From NCBI GenBank assembly GCA_963697285.1, contig CAVONI010000012.1, forward strand, positions 383,548 to 447,547: DNA of 64,000 bases, read 5' to 3'. The stretch is from an uncultured Acidobacteriota bacterium (GTDB lineage Bacteria > Acidobacteriota > Vicinamibacteria > Vicinamibacterales > JAFNAJ01). Both the position numbers and the translations under genes were made by a program. Every line of letters begins with the position of its first letter. Position 1 is the stretch's first letter. Below are positions 45,128-53,792 of the stretch, in pieces. A model generated the notes under the pieces. It did no database searches and was not told where the DNA came from. It saw only the letters and a list, made by a program, of their open reading frames with translations.

Positions 45128-47413
45128 ATGAGTGCCTCGTCTCCTCTCGTCATCCGCGTCGCGAAGCACGCCGTTGTGCTCGCCTTGTTCGCCGTCGCGG
45201 CCCTGCTCGGCACCGCCAGCGGCGCCGTGTTCGTGTTTGCTGCGGATCTGCCCGAGATCTCGGCCCTCGACGACTACTCGCCCCACACCATCACGCAGGT
45301 CCAGGCGCGTACGGGTGAGATCGTCGGCGAGTTCGCCACCGAGCGGCGGGTCGTGATTCCGCACGAGCAGATCGCGCCGCGCCTGCGCCAGGCCATCATC
45401 GCGGCCGAGGACCAGGACTTCGAGAAACACGTGGGCCTGAGCATCCCGCGCATCGTCATCGCCCTGGTGCGCGATGTCATCGAAGGCCGCAAGGCCGCAG
45501 GCGCCAGCACGCTGACGCAGCAACTGGCCAAGAACCTCTTCCTGACCCCCGAGAAGACCTGGGAGCGCAAGATCAAGGAAGCCCTCATCGCCATTCAGCT
45601 CGAGAAGCGGTTCACGAAGGACGAGATCTTCGCGCTCTATGCGAACCAGATCTACCTCGGGCACGGCGCGTACGGCGTCGAAGCCGCATCGCGCCTCTAC
45701 TTCGGCAAATCGGCGAAGGATCTCGCGCTCGAAGAGGCGGCGATGATCGCCGGGATCATCCAGTTGCCGAGCCGCCAGAGCCCGTACGTCAACATGGACG
45801 CGGCGCTGCGCCGGCGCAACTACGCGCTCACGCGACTCGCGGCCGAAGGCTACGTCAGCGAGGCCGAGGCAGAAGCCGCCAGGCAACGTCCCATCGTCAC
45901 CGTCGGCCTGCGGGCGGAATCGGATTCCATCGCACCGTGGTACGTCGAGGACGTCCGCAAGCACCTCGAGCTCGCGTACGGCGCGAAGGCGCTCTACGAA
46001 AATGGCCTGCGGGTGCGCACGCCACTCGACCCGGTGCTACAGCGCGCCGCCAACGCCGCCCTCCAGGAGGGACTGCGGCGGCTCGACAAGCGTCGTGGCT
46101 GGCGCAAGGTCACCGAGAACGTCGCCGCGACGCCGGGGATTGCCGGGTATCGGCATCCGCGGTGGGACCGCCCCATGTCGAGCGGGGACGTCGTGCCCGC
46201 CGTCGTGACGGCCGTCGAGGCAACCCGGATCGGGGTGCGTGTGGCGGAACGATCGGGCGTGATCGACAAGATGGGATTCGCCTGGACGCGACACGCCAAC
46301 GCCTCGCAACTCGTCAGGGTCGGCGACGTCATCGCGGTGCGCCTCGCCGAGTCGGCGCCCGCCAAGGCGCCCGGCGACGGTGCATTCGCGGCGACGCTCG
46401 AACAGACACCGCTCGTTGAAGGCGCCGTGATGGCGATCGACAACCGCACCGGGCAGGTGCTCGCGCTTGTCGGCGGCTTCGACTTCGAGCGCAGCAAGTT
46501 CAACCGGGCGGTGCAGGCCGCGCGACAGCTCGGGTCGACCTTCAAGCCGATCGTCTACACGGCGGCCATCGACCGCGGCTACACGCCCTCGTCGATCGTG
46601 CAGGACTCACCGGTCTCGTATCCCGCCGGGGCGGGCCGCCCGCCGTGGACGCCCGGCGACTACGACGGGCGCTTCCTGGGCCCGATCACGCTGCGCCACG
46701 CCCTCGAACAGTCGCGCAACGTGCCGGCCGTGCGCCTGATGGACGCACTCGGCGTGAACCAGGTGCTCGGCTATGCCCGGCGCTTCGGGTTCGAGGGCCC
46801 GCTGCCCCCGTACCTGCCCGTCGCCCTCGGTGCGGCCGAGGCCAGCCTCCAGGAAGTGGTGTCGGCCTATTCGGTCTTTCCGAACCAGGGCGTGCGGATG
46901 AAGCCCTACCTGGTGCTTGGCGTGAGCGACCGCGACGGCAACGTGCTCGAGGAGAACCGCCCCGAGCCCACCGACGCCATTCGCGCCGACACGGCCTTCG
47001 TCCTCGTCAACCTGCTGCAGGGCGTCGTCCAGCGAGGCACCGCCGCGAAGGCGGCCGCCCTCGACTGGCCGCTGGGCGGCAAGACCGGCACCACGAACGA
47101 CTACACCGACGCGTGGTTCGTGGGCTTCGACCCCGACATCACCGTGGGCGTCTGGATCGGGCACGACCTCAAGAAGCCGCTGGGCAATGGCGAGACCGGG
47201 TCGCAGACCGCGTTGCCGATCTGGATGGACATCATGAAGGCCTGGATCGGCACGCGCAACGAGAAGCCATCGTTCGCGCAACCGGGCAACGTGCTGTTCG
47301 TCTCGGTCGACAAGGTCACCGGGTCGCAGACCGATGCGACATCTCCTGACGCCATCCCGGAAGTGTTCATCTCGGGCACGCAACCGGGAGCCGCGGTTCG
47401 CCAGCCCTACTGA
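45128..47413 (+). CDS. Penicillin-binding protein 1A (bifunctional transglycosylase/transpeptidase)
   Basis: 761 aa with GT51 motifs (AIIAAEDQDFEKH, GASTLTQQLAKN, RKIKE) and transpeptidase motifs (STFKP, SRN, KTGTT). Confidence 0.9.
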   Translation: MSASSPLVIRVAKHAVVLALFAVAALLGTASGAVFVFAADLPEISALDDYSPHTITQVQARTGEIVGEFATERRVVIPHEQIAPRLRQAIIAAEDQDFEKHVGLSIPRIVIALVRDVIEGRKAAGASTLTQQLAKNLFLTPEKTWERKIKEALIAIQLEKRFTKDEIFALYANQIYLGHGAYGVEAASRLYFGKSAKDLALEEAAMIAGIIQLPSRQSPYVNMDAALRRRNYALTRLAAEGYVSEAEAEAARQRPIVTVGLRAESDSIAPWYVEDVRKHLELAYGAKALYENGLRVRTPLDPVLQRAANAALQEGLRRLDKRRGWRKVTENVAATPGIAGYRHPRWDRPMSSGDVVPAVVTAVEATRIGVRVAERSGVIDKMGFAWTRHANASQLVRVGDVIAVRLAESAPAKAPGDGAFAATLEQTPLVEGAVMAIDNRTGQVLALVGGFDFERSKFNRAVQAARQLGSTFKPIVYTAAIDRGYTPSSIVQDSPVSYPAGAGRPPWTPGDYDGRFLGPITLRHALEQSRNVPAVRLMDALGVNQVLGYARRFGFEGPLPPYLPVALGAAEASLQEVVSAYSVFPNQGVRMKPYLVLGVSDRDGNVLEENRPEPTDAIRADTAFVLVNLLQGVVQRGTAAKAAALDWPLGGKTGTTNDYTDAWFVGFDPDITVGVWIGHDLKKPLGNGETGSQTALPIWMDIMKAWIGTRNEKPSFAQPGNVLFVSVDKVTGSQTDATSPDAIPEVFISGTQPGAAVRQPY

Positions 47414-47416
47414 CCG

Positions 47417-48554
47417 TCAGGACTCGTCGTCGTCAGCCGCTGCGGAAAGCGTCCCGGCCGCCTTCATCATCAGGTACGCCTTGATGAACCCGTCGAGGTC
47501 GCCGTCGAGCACGCGCGTGATGTCGCCGACCGTCTCCTTGGTGCGATGGTCTTTCACCATCTGGTACGGATGGAGCACGTAGCTGCGAATCTGGCTTCCG
47601 AACGCGATGTCCTTCTTCTCGCCGCCCAGCCGATCGAGGTTGGCCTGCTGCTCCTTGAGCCTCAGGTCGTAGAGCCGTGACTTGAGCACGCGCATCGCGA
47701 CGTCCTTGTTGCGATGCTGCGAACGCTCGTTCTGGCAACTCGTGACGATGCCCGTGGGCAGGTGCGTGATGCGGACGGCCGAGTCGGTCACGTTGACGTG
47801 CTGCCCGCCGGCGCCGCTCGATCGATACGTGTCGATCCGCAGGTCCTTGTCCTCGATGACGATGTCGATGTCGTCGGGCAACTCGGGCCAGACGAACACC
47901 GACGCAAACGAGGTGTGGCGGCGAGCGGCCTGGTCGAAGGGCGAGATGCGCACGAGACGATGCACGCCAGCCTCGGCCAGCATCAACCCGTAGGCGTAGT
48001 CGCCGGTCAGCGTGATCGTGGCATCCTTGATGCCGGCCTCGTCGCCCGGCTGCAGGTCGACGATTTCCTTCTTGAGGCCGCGCCGGTCGGCCCACCGCAG
48101 GTACATCCGCAGCAGCATCTCGGCCCAGTCCTGCGACTCGGTTCCGCCGGCGCCTGGGTGGATGGTCACGATCGCATTCTTGCGGTCGTGCTCGCCGCCG
48201 AGCATCTTCTTGACTTCACCGGCATCGATGTCGCGCTCGATCGTGTCGAGCGCGCGCAGGAAATCGTCCTCGACGGGTTCCCCCGCCTCGAGCCATTCGG
48301 CGATCACGGCGAGGTCGTCACGCTGCTTGGCGAGACGCTCACGCATGGCGACGTCCTCCTCGAGGCGACGCCGGCGCTGGAGCGTCTTCTGGGCGCCCGC
48401 CTGGTCCTTCCAGAAGTCGGGCTCGGCGACCCTGTCCTCGAGCTTGCTCAGTTCGACGTCGGGGCGTGCGGCGTCAAAGATAACTCCGGAGGTCGGCGGC
48501 CCGTTTCATCAAGTCCTGGTAGCGGCGGAACTGGTCTTCGCGGTTGAACGACAT
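47417..48554 (-). CDS. prfB: Peptide chain release factor 2, with programmed +1 frameshift
   Basis: ORF0 (MSFNREDQFRRYQDLMKRAADLRSYL) ends at the in-frame TGA at 48474-48476, within CTT TGA C, preceded by GGAG. The +1 frame continues DAARPDVELSKLEDR... into the 309-aa ORF, which carries SPF and GGQ. Confidence 0.9.
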
Positions 48555-48568
48555 GGTGTGCAGGCGAC

Positions 48569-50026
48569 TCAGGAAGGCTTCCGTGCCAGGCGACGCCGCA
48601 CGAGCAACGCGCCCCAGACGAACCCCGAGACGACAAGGCTCGCGTAGACGAACGAATCTCCGATTGTAGCGTAGATGGTGCGGCCCGTCCGCAGGCGCAC
48701 GTCGCCGACGAGGACGCGCCGCTCGAACAACGTCGTCTGGACGACCACGCGGCCGTACGGATCGACGATGCCGCTGATGCCCGTGTTGGCGGCGCGCGCC
48801 AACCATCGTCCTTGCTCGACGGCGCGCAGGCGCGCCTGTTCGAAGTGCTGGAATGGTGCACTCGAGGTGCCGTACCAGGCATCGTTCGTGATCGTCGTCA
48901 GCAACTCCGATCCCGCGAGCACGGCCTCGCGCGCGAGGTGCGGGTACACGACCTCGTAGCAGATGGCCGTCGTGATCGTGTGGTCGCCGATCCGCAGCGG
49001 CACGACGGATGTGCCCGGCGTGAACCCGGCGACCGATTCGACGAGGGGCGCGACGAAGAACAGCAGGCGCCTGAGCGGCACGTACTCGCCGAATGGCACG
49101 AGGCGGACCTTGCGGTACACCTCGCGACGTTCGCCGTCCGGCGACATCAGGAACGCCGCGTTGTAGTAGCGCGGCGGTGTCGCCCACTCGATCTGATCAC
49201 TGCCGAACAGCATCCATTGATCGAGGTCTCGCGCTGCCGCGCGAATGCGGTCGCGCCCGGTGGGCTCCTCCTCGAAGAAGAACGGTGTCGCCGACTCGGG
49301 CCATATCGTGAGCTGCGCGCCACGGGCGCGCCCTTCGCGCGTCTGGTCGAGATAGATGCGCAGGATGGTCTCCGCACGCTCAGGCTCCCACTTCAACGCC
49401 TGCGGGATGTTGCCCTGGGCGAGGGCCACCCGCAACGGGGTGCCGTCACGCAGGATGGCACCGTCGGCGATGCGCCTCGAGCCCCAGAGCGCCAGGCCGC
49501 CAATGACGACGACCGCGACACCAACGGTCGTCCAGCGGGCTGCTCCGTGCGACGCGCGCGCCCGCACGACGGCCACCGCCGCGAACACCAGCAACGCCGA
49601 CAACAGGTACACGCCGCCGAGACTCGCGGCCTGCGCGATCGGAGCGACGTCTGCCTGTGAGGTCCCGAGCAGGGCCCACGGGAATCCGCTGAGCACGACG
49701 CCGCGGAGCCACTCGGTGGCCACCCAGACGACGGGCGCCAGCCAGAGCCCCGCAGGACCGTACAGGCGGCGCGCGACCAACGTCGTCGCCGCGAACAGGC
49801 TGGGGTAGAGGGCGAGATAGGCCACCAGCAGGCCCGCAATCGGCACCGCCAGTGGGTAGGCGACGCCGCCGAACATCGCCATGACGTCGGCGGTCCAGTA
49901 GAGCGTGCCCGCAAAGTAGAACAGGCCGCTGATCCACCCGAGCAGGGCCGCGTGGCGCGAACTGCGACGGGTCGCCGACAGGCGCTCGATGGCTTCCACG
50001 AGCGGCACGAGCGCCACCCACGCCAT
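48569..50026 (-). CDS. lnt: Apolipoprotein N-acyltransferase Lnt (the annotated start is probably too short)
   Basis: 485 aa with an N-terminal multi-TM region and a C-terminal nitrilase-type CN-hydrolase domain (VALAQGNIPQ, ICYEVVYP). The frame stays open and Lnt-like (GYALATVAGVLLALSFPKFGSPW) for 24 or more codons upstream of ATG 50026. Confidence 0.85.
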   Translation of the reverse strand: MAWVALVPLVEAIERLSATRRSSRHAALLGWISGLFYFAGTLYWTADVMAMFGGVAYPLAVPIAGLLVAYLALYPSLFAATTLVARRLYGPAGLWLAPVVWVATEWLRGVVLSGFPWALLGTSQADVAPIAQAASLGGVYLLSALLVFAAVAVVRARASHGAARWTTVGVAVVVIGGLALWGSRRIADGAILRDGTPLRVALAQGNIPQALKWEPERAETILRIYLDQTREGRARGAQLTIWPESATPFFFEEEPTGRDRIRAAARDLDQWMLFGSDQIEWATPPRYYNAAFLMSPDGERREVYRKVRLVPFGEYVPLRRLLFFVAPLVESVAGFTPGTSVVPLRIGDHTITTAICYEVVYPHLAREAVLAGSELLTTITNDAWYGTSSAPFQHFEQARLRAVEQGRWLARAANTGISGIVDPYGRVVVQTTLFERRVLVGDVRLRTGRTIYATIGDSFVYASLVVSGFVWGALLVRRRLARKPS

Positions 50027-50082
50027 CCACGGCGACCCGAACTTGGGAAACGAGAGCGCGAGCAGGACGCCCGCGACGGTCG

Positions 50083-50850
50083 CTAGCGCGTAACCCAGGG
50101 CTTGAACTTGTCTTTCTTGAGCCGGTCAGCCACGCGGGTCGCGTCGCGGCGCTCGGTGAACGACCCCACCCGGACGCGGAACAACGGGCTGGTGGCGTCG
50201 GGATCGGCAACGTAGGCGTCGTAGCTCTTGGCCTTCAACTGCGACGCGAACTGGTCGGCCTGGCTTCGCACCCGAAACGCCGAGACCTGGATGGTCCAAC
50301 CTCCCGGACGCGGCGGAGCAGGCGTCGCCGCGACGGCCGCTGCGGGGACGGCGGGGGCGGCGGCAGACGGCGCAGGTGCCGTCCGTGGAGCGGCTGGGCC
50401 GGGCGCAGGAACTGGCGCCTTCGGCGTGCCGTCGGCCGGTGCGGTCGATGCTGGCGGAGCGTCGCCTTCGGCCGGTGGCGGCTCGATCGAGGCCTTTGCC
50501 TCGTCGCCATTGAGCATGGCGTAGTAGCTGGAGTCGGCGTCCGACAGGCCGGTCGCCTTGTCGAGCCCCGGATCCGCAGACGGCGTCGCGACGGCAGCAG
50601 TCGCGGCCGCGTCCCCGGATGCGTCAACGGTCGCGCCGGCGTCGTCAACCGTGACTGGCGTTCCCAGCGCTTCGCGCGGCGCCACGTCGCTGCGTCCCCC
50701 GCGCCCGACCAGGACGCCGCACAGGAAGATCACGATCGAGACGACGGTCGTCGCCATGAACAGGAAGACGAGTTGTTTGCCGCTCAGCTGGATTTCGTGA
50801 AATCCATCGTCGGCGGCATACTCACGCGCGCCGCGGGCCTCGGTGCTCAT
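50083..50850 (-). CDS. SPOR domain-containing membrane protein
   Basis: TM anchor LVFLFMATTVVSIVIFLCGVLV, an Ala/Pro-rich linker, and a C-terminal SPOR domain (WTIQVSAFRVRSQADQFASQLKAKSYDAYV...FRVRVGSF). An alternative start is at 50883. Confidence 0.7.
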   Translation of the reverse strand: MSTEARGAREYAADDGFHEIQLSGKQLVFLFMATTVVSIVIFLCGVLVGRGGRSDVAPREALGTPVTVDDAGATVDASGDAAATAAVATPSADPGLDKATGLSDADSSYYAMLNGDEAKASIEPPPAEGDAPPASTAPADGTPKAPVPAPGPAAPRTAPAPSAAAPAVPAAAVAATPAPPRPGGWTIQVSAFRVRSQADQFASQLKAKSYDAYVADPDATSPLFRVRVGSFTERRDATRVADRLKKDKFKPWVTR

Positions 50851-50935
50851 GCTGGGTGTCTCACACGCATCCGCCGCAGACACGCCGCTGGGAACGGCGC
50901 GAACAGCTGCATGCGTCCCCTAGAGCGTATCACGG

Positions 50936-52549
50936 TCATTGCGGCAGTCGGGCGAGCAGTTGGCGTGCCGGTTCGAGCCCAGGGTCGAGGCCGAGCGCCC
51001 GCTGCGCTTCCGCGCGCGCACCTGCGACGTCCTTGGTCTCGGCGAGGGCCTCGGCCAGTGCAAAATGCGCCGACGCGCTCTCGTGGCTCCACAGCGACAT
51101 GCGGAGGGCCGTGACCGCCTCGGCCGCCCGGCCAAGGCGGAGGTAGGCTCGCCCCGCCAGCAGGTGCGCCTCGGCCTGATACGGCGACAGATAGAGAGCA
51201 CGGCGCAACTCGGTGAGTGCCTCGGCATCCTGCTGCTGGTCGATCAGCCGTCGACCCCGCTCGAGGTAGAACGTTGCCAACTCCTGCGAATCGCGCTTGG
51301 CGGCTGACGTGATCGCTGCATCGAACCGCAATGGCTGCAACGGCACGAGGTCGCTCTTCAGTCGCTCCAGTCCCCGGGGCACCTCGGCCGCGCCGCGTTT
51401 GTTGGCGTCTTCGTACCGCGCCGACAGACGTCCCGCCAGTTCGCGCTCGCGCTGCGCCTCTACAGCCGCCCCGGACGACACCAGGGCTGCGGCCAGCACG
51501 AAGTGGGCATCGGCGTCCAGCGGGTTTCGGCGAACGGCTTCCCGCAACCAGTAGTTGGCGGCCGAAGCATCGCGTTCGAACCAGTAGGCGTACCCGAGGT
51601 TGAAGCAGTAGTCGGCATCGTCCGGGTCAATCTCGCTCGCCTTGGTGAAGTAGTACGTCGCCCGCCCCGTGTTCGGCGTTGCGCCCCTGCGCAGTTGCAC
51701 CACCCCGAGATTGTTGTGCAACATCGCCGTCGGCGCTTCGGCAACGAGGGCCGTAAGGCGGTCAAACGCCTCGTCGTACCGCTTGAGCTGAATCAGCGAC
51801 CACGCGGCGCGGTACCTGGCCCTCGTCGATTCAGGTGCTGTCGTCGGCACGGCCTCGACGGCCGCCAGGGCAGGTGCGTGATCACCCGTTCCCTCGTGCA
51901 CCTGCCAGATCGCCAGCCGCGCCCGATGGAAGTCGGGCTGCGCCTCGAGCGACGAGCCGAGCAAGGCCAGGCTCGACTTGGGCGAATCAGCCATCAGGCC
52001 CTTGACATAGCGCTCGAACGCTTCGCGTGATGGCGTCCGCGCCGCGGAGGTCGCGGGGACGTCGTGCAGGCTGGCCGACGCTGCCACCCGCCTGGCGGCA
52101 CTGTGAGCAAGCGTGAAGAAGTCGGCGGCGGGTCCGCGTTCCGTCACCTCCGGCAGGAAGGTCCCGGTGTCGAGCCTGAGCATCCGGACGCGGATGGTCA
52201 AGGTGGGCGGCTCCAGGCTCACCTTGCCGACGACGAGGTCCGACGCCCCGATGGTCTCGCCCACACGGATCATGGTCGCGCGCGTCAGGGCCCCGGCCGG
52301 TGGCAAGCGCAGCGTCTCGAAGGCCTGCACACGTTCGTCGCGCGTGAAAGTACTGATGCCTGCCCCGCCCAGGTGGTCGGTGATGACGATGGCGGTGCCC
52401 TCTCCGAGCCATGCCGTGCGCACCGATGGCGACTCGACGTCGAGCGGCAACACGAGTACCCGGGCCGTCTGTCCGGCCGCCGTGCCGACGAACACGGCGG
52501 TGGCGGCGATTCCGGCGAGCACCGTCGGGACGGCCTTCCGAAGACTCAC
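50936..52549 (-). CDS. Secreted tetratricopeptide-repeat protein
   Basis: 537 aa with the signal peptide MSLRKAVPTVLAGIAATAVFVGTAAG. The C-terminal half has multiple TPR-like A/L/Y-rich helical repeats. Confidence 0.65.
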   Translation of the reverse strand: MSLRKAVPTVLAGIAATAVFVGTAAGQTARVLVLPLDVESPSVRTAWLGEGTAIVITDHLGGAGISTFTRDERVQAFETLRLPPAGALTRATMIRVGETIGASDLVVGKVSLEPPTLTIRVRMLRLDTGTFLPEVTERGPAADFFTLAHSAARRVAASASLHDVPATSAARTPSREAFERYVKGLMADSPKSSLALLGSSLEAQPDFHRARLAIWQVHEGTGDHAPALAAVEAVPTTAPESTRARYRAAWSLIQLKRYDEAFDRLTALVAEAPTAMLHNNLGVVQLRRGATPNTGRATYYFTKASEIDPDDADYCFNLGYAYWFERDASAANYWLREAVRRNPLDADAHFVLAAALVSSGAAVEAQRERELAGRLSARYEDANKRGAAEVPRGLERLKSDLVPLQPLRFDAAITSAAKRDSQELATFYLERGRRLIDQQQDAEALTELRRALYLSPYQAEAHLLAGRAYLRLGRAAEAVTALRMSLWSHESASAHFALAEALAETKDVAGARAEAQRALGLDPGLEPARQLLARLPQ

Positions 52550-53160
52550 GCCTCGCCCTCCGACGACTCCTGGCGGGTGCCGGCGCTGGCAGCCACCTCG
52601 GAGTCGAGACTCAGGACGCAGGGGCCATCATGGGTCGCGCGGCATTCGGTGATGCGGGCGACGTCGTTGACCCCCACCAGCTCGAGAAAACGCCCGAGCG
52701 CTGCCGCGTAGAGGCCACAGCGGACCGCGGTTCCGCGCTGGCGGACGTCGCAGAATGCAGAGTGTGCAATGACGAGGACGGGCTGGCGGTCGCGCCGGCG
52801 GACCCGCGCGGATGATCCCTCGCTCGTCGCGTGCACGAGCGCGCGCGTAAGGCGCAACGCCGTTCGCCGACGCACGGCACGGGGGGCCCGCGCCCACCAG
52901 GCCCGGCGCCAGGCGGGCTGCGCCTCCCACATCCACTGCGCTGCGTGGTGCCCCGCCGACCGCATCACGGGATCCCAGGCGTCGTCTTCGTGGGTCAGGA
53001 AACTGAGTGCGGCCGAGAAGCTGGCCAGGCCCACCGCCCCTGCGCGCATCCGCAAGGGGCGAAGATAGCTTTCGTAGAACTCCAACCGGGTCGGCAGGTG
53101 GTCTGCCAGCGCCTGATGCAGCGAGGCGACCACCACGCGTCCGATTCGCGACTCACCCAT
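52546..53160 (-). CDS. Hypothetical protein (C-terminal Cys pattern reminiscent of V4R domains)
   Basis: 204 aa. Its stop overlaps the downstream TPR gene start. Contains SAFCDVRQ...CGLYAAALGRFLELVG...ITECRATHDGPCVL. The family assignment is tentative. Confidence 0.4.
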   Translation of the reverse strand: MGESRIGRVVVASLHQALADHLPTRLEFYESYLRPLRMRAGAVGLASFSAALSFLTHEDDAWDPVMRSAGHHAAQWMWEAQPAWRRAWWARAPRAVRRRTALRLTRALVHATSEGSSARVRRRDRQPVLVIAHSAFCDVRQRGTAVRCGLYAAALGRFLELVGVNDVARITECRATHDGPCVLSLDSEVAASAGTRQESSEGEA

Positions 53161-53189
53161 TTTCTGCTAAGGTTACCCGAAGTCCAGCG

Positions 53190-53792
53190 ATGCGCGGGAA
53201 TCACGCTACGCCCAGCTCGACATCGGGCGCCATCCTCGCTGGCGGGCAGGCCCGCCGATTCGCCGGACACGACAAGTCGTCGCTCCTCATCGACGGGCGC
53301 ACCATCCTCGCGCGTCAGCTCGAGGCGCTCGGATCCGTTGCCGAGACGATCCTGATTGTTGGACCGCTGACTGTGTCGGGCCCGAGCGCGACTGCACGCG
53401 TGCTGCCAGACCTGGTGCCAGGGGCCGGACCGCTTGGCGGGCTCTACTCGGCGCTGGTGGATGCCGTCACGTCGCACGTCGTCGTCGTCGCGTGCGACAT
53501 GCCCTTCGTGACAGCCGCCCTGTTCAGGACCCTCGTGGGCGCCTGCCAGGGACACGACGCGTCGGCGCCGTTCATTGGCGGCCGGTGGCACCCGTTGTGC
53601 GCATGCTATGACGTCCGTTGTGCCGCAACGGTCAGGCGCCGGCTGGACACCGGGCAGTTGAGGATGACCGACCTGCTGGCGGCGCTCGATGTGGCCGCGC
53701 TGGATGAACGCGTGCTGGCGGAGTGCGGAGATCCCGCCCGCCTGCTGGCCAATGTGAACACGCACGAAGACTACGAACGACTGACACGATGA
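53190..53792 (+). CDS. mobA: Molybdenum cofactor guanylyltransferase MobA
   Basis: From ATG 53190. Contains GAILAGGQARRF, PLGGLYSAL and VVACDMPFV. Confidence 0.8.
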   Translation: MRGNHATPSSTSGAILAGGQARRFAGHDKSSLLIDGRTILARQLEALGSVAETILIVGPLTVSGPSATARVLPDLVPGAGPLGGLYSALVDAVTSHVVVVACDMPFVTAALFRTLVGACQGHDASAPFIGGRWHPLCACYDVRCAATVRRRLDTGQLRMTDLLAALDVAALDERVLAECGDPARLLANVNTHEDYERLTR

